Source: Alphaproteobacteria bacterium
Lineage (GTDB): Bacteria; Pseudomonadota; Alphaproteobacteria; ATCC43930; CGMCC-115725
Direction: 5' to 3'
DNA length: 64,000 nucleotides
Assembly (NCBI GenBank): GCA_028871055.1
Contig: JAGWON010000012.1
Location: 40,445-104,444, forward strand
Below the pieces are notes generated by a model. It ran no database searches and was not told the origin of the DNA. It was given only the letters and a program-made list of their open reading frames with translations. Below are positions 32,482-43,950 of the stretch, in pieces. The translations under genes were made by a program, and so were the position numbers. Positions within the stretch are counted from its first letter, which is position 1. Every line of letters begins with the position of its first letter.

Positions 32482-33231
32482 TCAATGGATCGATGTGAAC
32501 AACCGGTCGTAGCGGACCGTGAACGGCCAGTCCCAGAATTCCCACCACCGCGCGTAGCCGTTGGTCGAGAAGAAGATGAACACGGCGCGGCCAACGAGAT
32601 TCTCGGCGGGCACATAGCCGACACCGCTGGACGGATCGCGGCTGTCCGACGAATTGTCGCGGTTGTCGCCCATCATGAAGTAATGGTCGGGCGGAACGGT
32701 GAAGACGGGCGTGTTGTCGAGCGGATAATTGTTGCCCGGCAGTTGAAGGATGGGATGGCGGTAGCCGTTGGGTAACGTCTCCATATATTCGGTATAGGTT
32801 GCGCCGCTGGTCGGCTCCTGATAAACGCCGATGCGCTCGCGTTTCACGGGTTGATCGTTGACGTAAAGGATGCCGTCCTTCATCTGAAGGTGATCGCCGG
32901 GCAATCCGACGATGCGCTTGATGAAATCGATCGACGGATCCTTCGGCAGCTTGAACACCACCACATCGCCACGATGCGGCGACGTGAAGAATACGCGTCC
33001 CGAAAAAAGCGGCAGACCCATCGGCAGCGAGTATCGGCTGTAGCCGTAGGAGAACTTTGAGACGAAAAGATAGTCGCCGACCAAGAGCGTTGGAATCATC
33101 GAACCCGATGGAATGCTGAACGGCTCGTAGAAGAACGTGCGGATGAAGAGCGCAATGACGATCGCGTAAACAATCGTCTTGGCGGTCTCGGCAAGCCCAC
33201 TCGAGCCCCGGGCCGAAGTTCTGCTGCTCAT
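32482..33231 (-). CDS. lepB: Signal peptidase I
   Basis: IPSGSMIPTLLVGDYLFVSKFSYG and GDNRDNSSDSR boxes. Confidence 0.92.
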   Translation of the reverse strand: MSSRTSARGSSGLAETAKTIVYAIVIALFIRTFFYEPFSIPSGSMIPTLLVGDYLFVSKFSYGYSRYSLPMGLPLFSGRVFFTSPHRGDVVVFKLPKDPSIDFIKRIVGLPGDHLQMKDGILYVNDQPVKRERIGVYQEPTSGATYTEYMETLPNGYRHPILQLPGNNYPLDNTPVFTVPPDHYFMMGDNRDNSSDSRDPSSGVGYVPAENLVGRAVFIFFSTNGYARWWEFWDWPFTVRYDRLFTSIH

Positions 33232-33322
33232 CCAGGAATTCCACTAACACATTGACGCAACCGGCCTGAGGAGGCTGCCGGCGACGCGGCCGCGACGATC
33301 AAGCCTCGCCGGGATTCGGAAG

Positions 33323-33742
33323 TCAAGTGTAGCGCTCCGCAGAATCGAGGGCCTCCGCGGTGATGACGACGAGCGCCTGCGCCAGCGGTGGCTCGTCTGT
33401 CAGGGTGACATCGATGCGCGCCGCCATTCCGCGCGGAGTCATCGCCTGGAGCCGCGCCAAGGCGCCTCCGGTCAGAACCAGAGTCGGGCGCCCGCCGGGA
33501 AGATTGACGACGCCGAGGTCGCGCCAGTAGATGCCATTGCGGAAGCCGGTTCCGAGCGCTTTCGAGCAGGCTTCCTTGGCCGCAAAACGCTTGGCGTAGC
33601 TTGCGAACCTGTCACTGCGCCGCTCCGAGCGCTGACGCTCGACCGGTGTAAAAACGCGGTCGAGAAACCGATCACCAAAACGTGCGATCGTCCGTTCGAT
33701 ACGGCGGATGTCGATCATATCGCTGCCGACTCCGAGAATCAC
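33323..33742 (-). CDS. acpS: Holo-ACP synthase
   Basis: GTG start. [34 protein letters not shown]. Confidence 0.9.
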   Translation of the reverse strand: MILGVGSDMIDIRRIERTIARFGDRFLDRVFTPVERQRSERRSDRFASYAKRFAAKEACSKALGTGFRNGIYWRDLGVVNLPGGRPTLVLTGGALARLQAMTPRGMAARIDVTLTDEPPLAQALVVITAEALDSAERYT

Positions 33743-34503
33743 TAGGCGCTCTTTTCGCCGTACGCCTCGCTGCGTGCTTGATCCATCATAGCGCGCATGC
33801 GTCTGACCGCGCTGTCGAGACCGCCGAAGATCGCCTCGCCGACCAGAAAATGACCGATATTGAGCTCAATGATGTTTGGGATTGCGGCGATTGCGCCAAC
33901 CGTGTCGAAGCTGAGGCCGTGCCCGGCATGGCATTCGAGCCCGAGTTCGTCGGCCAACGCGGCAGCACGACGAATGCGATCGAGTTCCCGCCTACGCATC
34001 GCGCCCGCCGCATCGCAATAAGCGCCGGTATGGAGTTCGACAATTGGCGCGCCGACCGCATGGGCGGCGCGAACCTGTTTCTCTTTCGGATCGACGAACA
34101 GCGAGACCCGAATTCCGGCGCTCGCGAGCTGCGCGATGAAAGGCGCAAGGCGCTCCTCCGCGCCAGCAACGTCGAGCCCGCCCTCGGTGGTCAGCTCCTG
34201 GCGTCGTTCCGGAACGAGACAGGCTGCGTGCGGCCTGTGCTGAATTGCTACCGCCAGCATCGCCTCCGTCGCCGCCATCTCAAGGTTAAGCGGCAGGTCG
34301 ATCTCGCTCACCAACCTGGTGATATCGTCATCGGAAATATGTCGACGATCCTCCCGCAGATGCGCGGTGATCCCGTCGGCGCCGGCGACCACCGCCAGCT
34401 TCGCCGCGCGCACTGGATCGGGATGACCCCCGCCGCGCGCATTTCGAATCGTAGCGACGTGGTCGATGTTGACGCCGAGGCGCAGCGGCCGCTTTTCGAT
34501 CAT
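33742..34503 (-). CDS. pdxJ: Pyridoxine 5'-phosphate synthase
   Basis: [23 protein letters not shown], 253 aa. Confidence 0.92.
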   Translation of the reverse strand: MIEKRPLRLGVNIDHVATIRNARGGGHPDPVRAAKLAVVAGADGITAHLREDRRHISDDDITRLVSEIDLPLNLEMAATEAMLAVAIQHRPHAACLVPERRQELTTEGGLDVAGAEERLAPFIAQLASAGIRVSLFVDPKEKQVRAAHAVGAPIVELHTGAYCDAAGAMRRRELDRIRRAAALADELGLECHAGHGLSFDTVGAIAAIPNIIELNIGHFLVGEAIFGGLDSAVRRMRAMMDQARSEAYGEKSA

Positions 34504-34510
34504 GACGCGA

Positions 34511-36649
34511 TCAGCCGCGCGCGCGCTCGACCGAATTGATCACCGGCGTCGCTCGTAAGGCGGCAATGATATTGGTCAGGTGACGCACGTTCTGCACCTC
34601 GATGTCGACCAGGATCTCAAAGAAATCCTGCGATCTGTTGGCGATCTTGAGGTTGGTGATGTTGCCGCCGCTCTTGCCGATGACGGTGGTGAGGCTGCCC
34701 AGGCTGCCGGGTTCATTGCCGATGGTGACGTTGATGCGACCGACATGAACCCGCCCGGCATCGTCGTCACTCCAGGCGACGTCAAGCCACCGTTCAGGCG
34801 TTTCCGCGAACGTGTCCAGCGTCTCGCAGTCGATTGTGTGGATGGTCACGCCCTTGCCTGTGGTCACGATGCCGACAATGCGGTCGCCCGGCAGCGGATG
34901 GCAACAGCCGGCGAAATGCACCGCCATGCCGGGGATCATACCGCGGATCGGGACTGCGTTTTCCGACGCTTTCTTGCTTTTGCCGCGCGGCGTAAGCGTG
35001 ACAACCTTGGACGACCGTGCATCCGCCTTGGGCGGGAAGATCGCGTGCACGACCTCGCGGCCGGTATGCATCCCCTCGCCGACGGCGACGTAGAGATCGT
35101 CCCGCGCCTTACACTCAAAACGATGCAACACCTCGTCGAGCGCCTTCTCGGCGAAGTCATGACCTTCCTGTCGGAACGCCTTCTGCAGGATCGCCTTGCC
35201 AAGATCGAGATATTGCTGGCGCTGCTGCGTTCGGATGAAGCGCCGGATCCGGGCGCGCGCCTTGCCGGTGACGACGAAGCGCTCCCAGGTCGGCGATGGC
35301 GTCTGCGCCTTGGACGTGACAATGTCGACTTGATCGCCGTTGGCGAGGGCCGTCCGCAGCGGTACAAGGCGACCGTTGATCTTGGCGCCGACGCACGTAT
35401 CGCCGATCTGCGAATGGACCGCATAGGCGAAGTCAACCGCCGTGGCGCCGCGCGGCAACTCGATCAGGTCGCCCTTGGGCGTGAAGCAAAACACCTGATC
35501 CTGGAACATCTCGAGCTTGGTGTGCTCGAGGAATTCCTGCGGATCAGGCGCATGCTCGATAATGTCAAGAAGCTCACGCAGCCACCGATATTGCCGGCCC
35601 TCGGTTTTGGGCGCGCCCTGCTTATAGACCCAGTGCGCCGCGACGCCGAGCTCCGCCACCTCGTGCATCTCGAGCGTGCGAATCTGGATCTCGATGCGCT
35701 GGCGGTGCGGCCCGATAACGCCCGTATGCAGCGAGCGGTAGTTGTTGGGCTTGGGCGTCGAGATGTAGTCCTTGAATCGACCAGGCACGACAGGATACTG
35801 ACTGTGGATGACGCCGAGAGCGTGATAGCACTGCTCGACGTCCTGCACGACGACGCGGAAGGCCATGATGTCGGACAGCTGCTCGAAACCGACATTCTTC
35901 TTCTGCATCTTCTTCCAGACCGAGTAGGATGTCTTCTCGCGGCCTGAAACTTGCGCCTCGACGCCGCTGTCCTTCAGCGTTTGCTGCAGCTCGTCGATGA
36001 TGCTGCTGACTAAGTCGCCGCCCTTCTCGCGCAGGAAGTTGAGCCGCGTCTTGATGCTGTTGCGCGCCTCAGGATTGAGCTCGGCAAAAGCCAGGTCCTC
36101 GAGTTCGTCTTTCATCGCGTTCATGCCGATGCGCTCTGCGAGCGGCGCATAGATCTCCATCGTCTCGCGCGCGATGCGCTTGCGCTTGTCGGCATCCTTG
36201 ATGAAGTGGAGCGTGCGCATGTTGTGCAGCCGGTCCGCCAGCTTGACTAGCAGGACGCGAATGTCCTCGGACATCGCCAGCACCAGCTTGCGGAAATTCT
36301 CCGCCTGCTTGGTCTGATCGGACTGCAGTTCGATCCGTGACAGTTTGGTCACGCCATCGACAAGTCGCGCGATTTCCGGACCAAAGAGCTTCTCGATGTC
36401 GTCGAGCGTCGCCACGGTATCCTCTACCGTGTCGTGGAGCAGGCCAGTGATGAGCGACGCGGCATCAAGCTTCATCTTCGCCAGAATGCCGGCGACTTCG
36501 ACCGTGTGAGAGAAATAAGGATCGCCAGACGCGCGCTTCTGCGAGCCGTGCGCCTTCATCGAAAACACGTAGGCGCGGTTGATCGCATCCTCGTCGGCCG
36601 ATGGATCGTATGCTTTGACGCGCTCGACGAGCTCAAATTGGCGCATCAT
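34511..36649 (-). CDS. spoT: Bifunctional (p)ppGpp synthetase/hydrolase (RelA/SpoT homologue)
   Basis: HD domain ([20 protein letters not shown]), RelA_SpoT synthetase block, TGS and ACT C-terminal domains. 712 aa. Confidence 0.93.
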   Translation of the reverse strand: MMRQFELVERVKAYDPSADEDAINRAYVFSMKAHGSQKRASGDPYFSHTVEVAGILAKMKLDAASLITGLLHDTVEDTVATLDDIEKLFGPEIARLVDGVTKLSRIELQSDQTKQAENFRKLVLAMSEDIRVLLVKLADRLHNMRTLHFIKDADKRKRIARETMEIYAPLAERIGMNAMKDELEDLAFAELNPEARNSIKTRLNFLREKGGDLVSSIIDELQQTLKDSGVEAQVSGREKTSYSVWKKMQKKNVGFEQLSDIMAFRVVVQDVEQCYHALGVIHSQYPVVPGRFKDYISTPKPNNYRSLHTGVIGPHRQRIEIQIRTLEMHEVAELGVAAHWVYKQGAPKTEGRQYRWLRELLDIIEHAPDPQEFLEHTKLEMFQDQVFCFTPKGDLIELPRGATAVDFAYAVHSQIGDTCVGAKINGRLVPLRTALANGDQVDIVTSKAQTPSPTWERFVVTGKARARIRRFIRTQQRQQYLDLGKAILQKAFRQEGHDFAEKALDEVLHRFECKARDDLYVAVGEGMHTGREVVHAIFPPKADARSSKVVTLTPRGKSKKASENAVPIRGMIPGMAVHFAGCCHPLPGDRIVGIVTTGKGVTIHTIDCETLDTFAETPERWLDVAWSDDDAGRVHVGRINVTIGNEPGSLGSLTTVIGKSGGNITNLKIANRSQDFFEILVDIEVQNVRHLTNIIAALRATPVINSVERARG

Positions 36650-36734
36650 GGGCAGATGCTCCGCCGGTCAATGCTGTCGGCGTCCAGGCAAACCGAGAGC
36701 GGCGCGACGGGTGAGCAGCCGCCGCTCCTCCGGA

Positions 36735-37208
36735 TCAAGGCTGGCCGTCTTCCGCGGGGCCTTCGCCTTCGGCGATGTCAGGCAGCACCTCGTCGTTCAA
36801 GCCGACTGCTTCGTCCTCGGCGGCTTCGAGTACATCCTTTTCGAGCTCCTCGTCGACCGCCTCATCGCCCTGCGCTTCGGCCAGCGCCGCACCCTCGGTT
36901 CCGGGCACCTGGGCGATGTCTGACCCCAGGCCGAGCTGCGTACCGAGCTCGATCTCCTGGTCCTCCACCGGCTCGTCGATCTCGACGTGCTTCTGAAGCC
37001 CCTTGACCAAGTTTTCCTCGAGGGTCTTGAGGCTGATGGTTTCGTCCGCGATCTCGCGCAGCGCGACGACGGGATTCTTGTCGTTGTCGCGATCGACCGT
37101 GAGCGGCACCCCGCCCGCGACGTCGCGGGCACGCTGGGCCGAGAGCAGGACCAACTCGAACCGGTTGGGAACCTTAAGAATGCAGTCTTCAACTGTAACC
37201 CGCGCCAT
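36735..37208 (-). CDS. rpoZ: RNA polymerase omega subunit
   Basis: [30 protein letters not shown], with an acidic C-terminal tail. Confidence 0.9.
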   Translation of the reverse strand: MARVTVEDCILKVPNRFELVLLSAQRARDVAGGVPLTVDRDNDKNPVVALREIADETISLKTLEENLVKGLQKHVEIDEPVEDQEIELGTQLGLGSDIAQVPGTEGAALAEAQGDEAVDEELEKDVLEAAEDEAVGLNDEVLPDIAEGEGPAEDGQP

Positions 37209-37296
37209 GAATCTCAATCTCCGGAAATCATGTTGACCTTACAATATATGGAGACCGGTGCTGCGCTGCAACAGGAGCGTCGCCGGACCTGCCGGT

Positions 37297-38574
37297 TTAG
37301 ACGACCATGGCCAGCGGATGGGGCTGCATGAAATCCGGCGCTGCCGTTGGGTCGGCGGCACGTTTGCAGATGTCTTCAAAGGTGCGCGCGACGCGCCGAA
37401 TCGAATACCGCTTCAGGATGAAATCATAGACGGTTTCCGCCATTTCGGCACCTTGGGCAGGCGCCGCGAGAAGGCGCAGCACCTCATCAGCGAACGCGTC
37501 TGCCGTATCCGCCCGGCGGTAATGGTTACCGGCCTCGATCGGCAGACCCTCCACGCCGATCGAGGTCGAGACGACCGGCCGTCGCATGGCCATGGCCTCG
37601 TAAATCTTGATCCGCGTCCCGCCCCCGACGCGGAGCGGAACGACATATAAGTCTGCATCGCGAATGAACGGACGCACGTCGTCGACGAAGCCGGTGAAAC
37701 GCCAGTTGAGCCTGCGCGCTCGTGCTTTTTCCATCAGGCCACTCGGCGGATCGCGGCCGACGACGGTCAGCCTTGCCTCCGGCCGCACCACGGCGATCAG
37801 CGGCCAAATCTCGTTCATACAGTATTGCATGGCGTCGATATTGGCGGGCCAGTCCATGGAGCCGGTGAAAACGAGTTCCCCACCCCGCGGCGCGATCGCC
37901 GCCGACGGTGGCGATGCGAGGGCACCGAAGTAGTCGAAATCCACCCCGGTCGGAATGGTCTCGGCGCCGCGCACGCCATAGGTCTCGAGGAAGAATCCGA
38001 GATCGCGCTCGGATACCGCGATCACCTTGGCGAACGCCGGCAGACGCCGAGCCTCGAATTCCGCCATCTTGCGGCGCTGGGCGTGCCAGATCGCACGCGC
38101 CAAGGGATTAGACACGGCTTGGGCGTGACGGCCAAAAATTTCGGCTTCCACATTGTGGGTGAACACCACCGAGCCGCGTGGTGGCACGCAATCGAACAGC
38201 ACGGCGGCATGAACGAAATCGGCAACGACCACGTCGGGGTGCGTGGCGAGCACATCGGCGATTAGTGCCATGGCGGCCCGCGAGCGGTCGAGCGCCACCG
38301 ACGCGGGCAAACGCGATGCGAGGGCAGCGACGCGCCGCACCGCGCCGGCGAGCTTGCCCCGCCGCGGTGCCCGCCAGAACAAGAACCGGTCGCAGATCTC
38401 ACCGAGCTCGCACGCGAAAAGGCGCGGTTGATCCTCCATCGCCGGCGAGATCAACGTGATGTCGAAGTAGCCGCCTTTCATCCCGCGCAAGATGCCGGTG
38501 GTACGGATCTTGCCGCCGGCATCGGCAGGGAACAGGAACTGCGGCGAGACAAAGACAAGTCGCGACCGCGCCAT
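37297..38574 (-). CDS. Glycosyltransferase (GT4/GT1-type)
   Basis: Start at ATG 38574 (MARSRLVFVSPQFLFPADAGGKIRTTGIL). C-terminal ..VPLRVGGGTRIKIYEAMAMRRPVVST E-x7-E-like block. Confidence 0.8.
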   Translation of the reverse strand: MARSRLVFVSPQFLFPADAGGKIRTTGILRGMKGGYFDITLISPAMEDQPRLFACELGEICDRFLFWRAPRRGKLAGAVRRVAALASRLPASVALDRSRAAMALIADVLATHPDVVVADFVHAAVLFDCVPPRGSVVFTHNVEAEIFGRHAQAVSNPLARAIWHAQRRKMAEFEARRLPAFAKVIAVSERDLGFFLETYGVRGAETIPTGVDFDYFGALASPPSAAIAPRGGELVFTGSMDWPANIDAMQYCMNEIWPLIAVVRPEARLTVVGRDPPSGLMEKARARRLNWRFTGFVDDVRPFIRDADLYVVPLRVGGGTRIKIYEAMAMRRPVVSTSIGVEGLPIEAGNHYRRADTADAFADEVLRLLAAPAQGAEMAETVYDFILKRYSIRRVARTFEDICKRAADPTAAPDFMQPHPLAMVV

Positions 38575-38581
38575 CGGTCCC

Positions 38582-39895
38582 TCAGCAGAGTGAGCGGTAA
38601 CGGGCACCCGGCAGCAGCGACAGTGCCGGCACGCCCTGAAGATCGAGAATCGGACGGCCATCGTGCGCCGCTTCGAGGGTCGCGACATCCTCGCGGTTCG
38701 CATGCCCGACGACGATCATGCCCGCACCATCAAGCGCGCGGCGCAGATCGGCAATCAGAAGTCGGTCGAAATGCGGAATCTCACGCTCGATGAATTCACG
38801 GTTCTTGCCGAGGAGCTTGCTGGCATGGACGTCGCGGTCGAAAATCGCCAGGTCGTACCCCTTGCCGACAAGTCGCTCTGCCAGATAGACGAACGGCGAA
38901 TGTCGCAAATCGTCGGTGCCCGGTTTGAAAGCAAGACCGAGCAGCGCAACTTTGCGACGACCCTCGTCGAGGATCGCTTGGAGTGCGCGATCGATGTGCG
39001 CGTCGTTCGCGGCCATCACGCTGGAGAGGAATGGAAGGTCGATGTCGCGAGCTTTGGCCAGCGCGACCAGCGCTGACACGTCCTTCGGTAGGCACGAACC
39101 GCCGAATGCGAAACCAGGCCTGAGATAGGCGGGTGAGATGTTGAGCTGCCGATCCGCGCAGAACACCTTCATCGCCTCCTGTGCGTCGACGCCGAGACTC
39201 TTGAGCAGAACGCCGGCTTCGTTGGCGAAGGCGATCTTGACGGCGTGGAAGGCGTTGGACAGGTATTTCACGGATTCCGCAACGCCAGTCGTGGTACGGA
39301 TGAAGGGCGCGTCGATGCCGCGATAGAGCGCCTCGACTGCCTCATAGCCGGCGGTCGTCGGCGCACCTGCAATGGTGAAGGGCGGACGACGGAAATCCTT
39401 GACCGAGCAGCCCTCGCGCAGGAATTCGGGATTGAAGGCAACGGCGAGGCCGTTGTCGCAATCGCGGCCGGACCGCGCCGCCAGCGCCGGCAGCATCCGG
39501 CCCTCGGTCGTGCCGGGCGGCACTGTCGAACGCAGCACGACGGTGTGCCCCCCATTCTTATGGCGCAGTGCGGCACCGATCCCTTCGACCACGGCATCGA
39601 GCGCATCCAGCATCGGCGCGCCGTTGCGACTCATCGGCGTGCCGACCGAGATCAGCGACACATCGCTCTGCATTACGGCAGCCTGCGTATCGTCGATGGC
39701 GCGCAGCCGGCCGGATTGGACTGCGGCAGCGACCGCCTCGTCGAGGCCCTCTTCGACCACCGGCGAGAGGCCGCGGTTGATCATGTCGATCTTGCCCGGA
39801 TTGACGTCGACGCCGATGACGTCGTGGCCGAGATCGGCAAAACAGGCCGCCGAAACCGTGCCGACGTAGCCCATGCCGAAAACGGAAATGCGCAT
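38582..39895 (-). CDS. Nucleotide-sugar dehydrogenase, GDP-mannose 6-dehydrogenase (AlgD)-like
   Basis: MRISVFGMGYVGTVSAACFADLGHDVIGVDVNPGKIDMINRGLSPVVEEGL closely parallels the AlgD N-terminus. 437 aa. Catalytic GGSCLPKD. Confidence 0.8.
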   Translation of the reverse strand: MRISVFGMGYVGTVSAACFADLGHDVIGVDVNPGKIDMINRGLSPVVEEGLDEAVAAAVQSGRLRAIDDTQAAVMQSDVSLISVGTPMSRNGAPMLDALDAVVEGIGAALRHKNGGHTVVLRSTVPPGTTEGRMLPALAARSGRDCDNGLAVAFNPEFLREGCSVKDFRRPPFTIAGAPTTAGYEAVEALYRGIDAPFIRTTTGVAESVKYLSNAFHAVKIAFANEAGVLLKSLGVDAQEAMKVFCADRQLNISPAYLRPGFAFGGSCLPKDVSALVALAKARDIDLPFLSSVMAANDAHIDRALQAILDEGRRKVALLGLAFKPGTDDLRHSPFVYLAERLVGKGYDLAIFDRDVHASKLLGKNREFIEREIPHFDRLLIADLRRALDGAGMIVVGHANREDVATLEAAHDGRPILDLQGVPALSLLPGARYRSLC

Positions 39896-39995
39896 GCGAA
39901 ATCGCCTCACTGACCAAAGAATGCCGGGTCAGCGGCATTGAACAGCGATTTCCTTAATTTCGCATGAGGGCGCGGCGTCTATGGTTAAAAAGACG

Positions 39996-40697
39996 CTAAG
40001 CCGACGGCAGTTCCGAGGCGCCGCCGTGCGATGCGGACCAACCGACCGGATCGTTCAGGAATTTCTCGACTTCGCGCATGGTTGGCGCATCGAAACGTCC
40101 CTCGACCTTCGCGACCTTCAGCACGTCCCACCAATTGGCGAGCGAATGGAGCTTTACCCCGATTTCGGCCATGAGCTGCTCGCTCTGGGGAAAAATTCCG
40201 TAATGGAAGATGACGAAGGCGTGCTCGACGATGGCGCCGGCCTGGCGCAGCGCCCTGCAGAAATTGACCTTGCTCCGACCGTCGGTGGTGAGGTCCTCGA
40301 CTAGCAGCGTGCGCGCGTTTTCGCGGACATCGCCTTCGATCTGCGCATTGCGGCCGAAGCCCTTCGGCTTCTTGCGCACGTACTGCATCGGCAGCATCAA
40401 CCGATCGGCGATCCATGCAGCGAAGGGAATACCGGCAGTTTCCCCGCCGGCAATGACATCGATCGCCTCGAAGCCAACCTCGCGCAGGATGGTCGAGGTC
40501 GCGAATTCGCATAACGTCTCGCGCACGCGCGGATAGAAGATCAGCCGGCGACAATCGATATAGACCGGGCTCGCCCATCCCGAGGTGAAGATGAAGGGCG
40601 TGGTCGCGCTGAAGTTGACCGCGCCGACTTCGAGCAAGATTCGCGACGTAACCTGCTGGATGAGCTCGCGATCGGGGAATGTGGCGCCGAAATTCAT
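39996..40697 (-). CDS. pyrE: Orotate phosphoribosyltransferase
   Basis: [16 protein letters not shown], and the PRPP loop [13 protein letters not shown]. Confidence 0.88.
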   Translation of the reverse strand: MNFGATFPDRELIQQVTSRILLEVGAVNFSATTPFIFTSGWASPVYIDCRRLIFYPRVRETLCEFATSTILREVGFEAIDVIAGGETAGIPFAAWIADRLMLPMQYVRKKPKGFGRNAQIEGDVRENARTLLVEDLTTDGRSKVNFCRALRQAGAIVEHAFVIFHYGIFPQSEQLMAEIGVKLHSLANWWDVLKVAKVEGRFDAPTMREVEKFLNDPVGWSASHGGASELPSA

Positions 40698-40715
40698 GGG
40701 CTGGGATCCGTTCGG

Positions 40716-41651
40716 CTAGTGGGGCGACTTTCTGCGGCGCGACGGTGCCCGAGTCAAGCGTATTTCCGCCGCGTTGTCGCCGGCCGCTCGTGCCGTCACC
40801 TCGACCAGTCGCGCCGCTGCGCGGGGACCTTTGAGCGCGCGGCTCCACAAATCGGCGGCAAGCTTCTCATAAAGCGCAACGGCCTCGGGCGCCGCCGTCA
40901 CCGTTGCGACGCCGTAGCGAATGTTCGGCATTTCGCTCAGGCGGAAAGGGCTGACGGCGAGGACGGTCTCCCTCCTCGATCGAAACAGCTGGAAGGTCAT
41001 CGTCGGCAACATTTCGTCGATTAGACCGACCTCGATCCCGGGCTGCGGGTCCAAAAGGAGGCGCGTAATGTTCTCGATCTCGCGCCGGGCGGCCGCGCGC
41101 CGACGGATCCATTCGTCGTACGGCAATCCAAAGCGTCCGATGACGCCGAGCTGGAGAAAGTGTTCAACCTCGGGAACCGACATCAAGGCGGTGACGCGCG
41201 GCGGCTTGCGCGCCGACTTGCGCGTACTGAGGATCGCCATGATCGTGTCGATCTCGGCGACAGCCTGAGACCGCGACTCATCGGGCGGCAATGCCTCGAT
41301 CAACATCTGGCGCAGGTGACCGCTGTACTCCGCGGTCGTGAGCAGGAAGGAGACCGGCATAAAGCGCGCGATGACCTGCTCGGCGCCCGCTTCGAGCTGG
41401 TGCATGCGCTCGAAATAGGCGCCGGCTTTCGAGTAGTACTCGACGCCGACGCCAAGCAGCGATGCCAACGACGTATTGAGCACCTGCGCTAGCGTGTCGA
41501 GCGTCTCGATTTTGACGATCTCGCCCGCCTCCATACGATAGAGTGCAGAGCGGGAGATGCTCAGTCGACGGGCAATTTCTTCGGCTTTTAGGCCGCTGCC
41601 CCTCCGATAGGCCTTGAGCCGCCGACCAATCTCTTTGCGGCGCGCGTCCAC
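40716..41651 (-). CDS. XRE-family HTH transcriptional regulator with about 230-aa C-terminal domain
   Basis: GTG start. IGRRLKAYRRGSGLKAEEIARRLSISRSALYRMEAGE. Confidence 0.8.
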   Translation of the reverse strand: MDARRKEIGRRLKAYRRGSGLKAEEIARRLSISRSALYRMEAGEIVKIETLDTLAQVLNTSLASLLGVGVEYYSKAGAYFERMHQLEAGAEQVIARFMPVSFLLTTAEYSGHLRQMLIEALPPDESRSQAVAEIDTIMAILSTRKSARKPPRVTALMSVPEVEHFLQLGVIGRFGLPYDEWIRRRAAARREIENITRLLLDPQPGIEVGLIDEMLPTMTFQLFRSRRETVLAVSPFRLSEMPNIRYGVATVTAAPEAVALYEKLAADLWSRALKGPRAAARLVEVTARAAGDNAAEIRLTRAPSRRRKSPH

Positions 41652-41716
41652 GCTCCCCTCAACGTCCGCATCTTACGTGCAGATCGGCGTCACCATAGCC
41701 AGATGCAGCCAGTTCG

Positions 41717-43003
41717 TCACGTCGCTTCGACAACGGCGTGATAGAGCAAATCCGTGCCCTTGAGGAAATCGTCGAGTGTCATGGCCTCCAGCGGATTATG
41801 CGAGCCGTGCTCGTTGCGGATGAAGATCATCGCCGACGGAACGCCTTCGTTGGCGAAGATCGCGGCGTCGTGACCGGCGCCGGATGGTAGCGTCTCGGCC
41901 GGCAGGCCGAGGCGCTTTGACAGCCGCAGCAGGCGTTCAACCCAATTGTCGTCCATGCGCGCCGGTTTGGTGTCGAGCCGTCGGTCGAAGCGGAATTCGA
42001 CCTTGCGCTTGTCGCCGATGGCGCGGCACTCGGTACGCATCAGATGGTAGAAGGCCTCGAGCGTGTCGCTGCTCTGGCTGCGGACCTCGAAGCTGAACGA
42101 TACCTCGCCCGGCACACGCGACATCGCATGCTCGGCGGGATTGGTGCTGATGATGCCCGTCGTCACGACGAGGTCGAGGCCCCGCTGCTGCAGGCTGTCC
42201 CAATGCTCGTCGAGATGGGTAATGAGCTCGGCAACCGCAAATACCGCATCGCGGCGCAGCCAACGCGGCACCGCGCCGGAATGCGCGGCCTCGCCGACGC
42301 AACGGATTTCTTTGTGACGGATGTTGCCCCGGATGCCGGTGACGATCGCGGTCGGAAAGCCGCGCGCGACCATTACCGGACCCTGTTCAATATGAAGTTC
42401 CAGATAAGCCGCAATCGCGGCCGGATCGAGCAGCGTTTCACCGCGCGCGATCCGCGCCACATCGGCGCCGCGCGCCTGCATCGCATCGCCCAGAGTAACG
42501 CGGCCGGACCGGTGGGTAAGTGCCAAATCCTGCTGCGTCAGGCCGCCGAACAGCGCGTAGGAGCCGACGCAGGTCTTGCCGTACCACGCGCTCTCCTCGC
42601 CACGCATCGCAACAAGCTTCACCGCACGCGTCGGGATAACGCCTTCATCCTTCATGCGCATCAGGACGATCAGGCCGGCGACCACACCGGCAGCGCCATC
42701 GTAGTTGCCCCCTTGCGGCACAGAATCGAGATGCGAGCCGATGACGATGAACGGCTTGTCCGCGTCGCGGCCCGGCAGCGTAACGACGAGGTTGGCCGCC
42801 GCGTCGAGAGCGGTCTCAAGATCAATACCTTCTGCCTTGCGCCGGATGATCTCGATCGCCTTCTGTTCGCCCTCCCCATAGCTTTCACGACTGACGCCGA
42901 TGCCATTGGGATCGGCTGTCGCTCGCGCCAGATCGCGGAACAGCAGATCAGCCGTCGCACGCGGATCGAAGGGCGTCAGCGCGTTGTTAGCAACAAGCTT
43001 CAT
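41717..43003 (-). CDS. M20-family Zn amidohydrolase (N-carbamoyl-amino-acid / ureido-acid amidohydrolase type)
   Basis: Start at ATG 43003 (MKLVANNALTPF). FIVIGSHLDSVPQGGNYDGAAGV metal site. ATGA overlap with the upstream pyrD-like gene. Confidence 0.8.
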   Translation of the reverse strand: MKLVANNALTPFDPRATADLLFRDLARATADPNGIGVSRESYGEGEQKAIEIIRRKAEGIDLETALDAAANLVVTLPGRDADKPFIVIGSHLDSVPQGGNYDGAAGVVAGLIVLMRMKDEGVIPTRAVKLVAMRGEESAWYGKTCVGSYALFGGLTQQDLALTHRSGRVTLGDAMQARGADVARIARGETLLDPAAIAAYLELHIEQGPVMVARGFPTAIVTGIRGNIRHKEIRCVGEAAHSGAVPRWLRRDAVFAVAELITHLDEHWDSLQQRGLDLVVTTGIISTNPAEHAMSRVPGEVSFSFEVRSQSSDTLEAFYHLMRTECRAIGDKRKVEFRFDRRLDTKPARMDDNWVERLLRLSKRLGLPAETLPSGAGHDAAIFANEGVPSAMIFIRNEHGSHNPLEAMTLDDFLKGTDLLYHAVVEAT

Positions 43004-43950
43004 TCGCCCGCCTCCTGACGCCATTCGAGATCCGTTTCGTCGACGCCTGCGCGCATGAGCGCGCCGGTCAGGGCGGAAATACGAGAAAAACCGCGATGGT
43101 TGCAGAACTCCTCGATCTCGTCGATTACGCGAATCAACGCCGTCGGATGGATGAACGTGGCCGTGCCGATCTGGACCGCGCTGGCGCCGGCGAGCATGTA
43201 TTCGACGGCGTCGGCGCCAGTCGCGATACCGCCGCAGCCGACGATATCGATCTTGACCGCACGGGCGCATTGATACACCTGGCGCAGGATGACGGGCTTC
43301 ACGGCCGGACCCGAAAGACCGCCGGTGACGCTGCCCAGCCGCGGTCGGAAGGTCGCCACGTCGATTGACATAGCGAGGATTGTATTGGCGACCACGACCG
43401 CGTCGGCGCCGTTGGCCTCGGCGGCGCGCGCGACGTCGGCGATGTCGCCGGTGTTCGGCGTCAGCTTGACCCAGAGCGGCAACTTGGTTGCCGCGCGCAA
43501 GCGTGCGACGACGCTCGCGGTGGCGTGGGGCGTCATAGCGAAAGCGCGACCGTCCTCCTCCAGGTTGGGGCAGGAGATGTTGGCCTCGATTGCGGCGACG
43601 CCGGAAACGCCAAGCTCCGTTGCCAGGCTGGCGAAGCCGTCGGCCGTCGGCGCTGAAATGCTGACGACCAACGGTGGCTTGAAACGCTTATAAAAAGGGA
43701 GGGTCTCGTCGAAGAAATAGTCGATGCCCTTCGACGGAATGCCGATCGAATTGAGCATGCCGCCGGCGGTTTCAGCGACGCGCGGCGTCGGATTGCCCGC
43801 GCGCAGTTCGCGGGTCACCGTCTTGATCACGAAGGCGCCAAGACGGTTGAAATCGATCACGCGCGCCAGGCCATCGGAAAATGTGCCCGAAGCCGGCATC
43901 ACTGGATTGGCGAGCCTGAGCCCGCCGATATCGACCGCGAGATCTACCAC
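43000..43950 (-). CDS. Dihydroorotate dehydrogenase class 1B-like catalytic subunit (or dihydropyrimidine dehydrogenase PreA-like)
   Basis: GTG 43950 after AGGAG. VDLAVDIGGLRLANPVMPASGTF...NSIGIPSKGIDYF...NISCPN. The start overlaps the stop of the pyrK-like gene (GTGGTAG). Confidence 0.8.
   Translation of the reverse strand: MVDLAVDIGGLRLANPVMPASGTFSDGLARVIDFNRLGAFVIKTVTRELRAGNPTPRVAETAGGMLNSIGIPSKGIDYFFDETLPFYKRFKPPLVVSISAPTADGFASLATELGVSGVAAIEANISCPNLEEDGRAFAMTPHATASVVARLRAATKLPLWVKLTPNTGDIADVARAAEANGADAVVVANTILAMSIDVATFRPRLGSVTGGLSGPAVKPVILRQVYQCARAVKIDIVGCGGIATGADAVEYMLAGASAVQIGTATFIHPTALIRVIDEIEEFCNHRGFSRISALTGALMRAGVDETDLEWRQEAGE

Noticed and set aside
43944-43950. GTGGTAG overlap (and the ATGA overlaps at 43000, 31749, 30081, 59503, 20501) as programmed frameshift sites
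   Set aside because: These are ordinary stop-start overlaps indicating translational coupling. No slippery heptamer or downstream structure is present.
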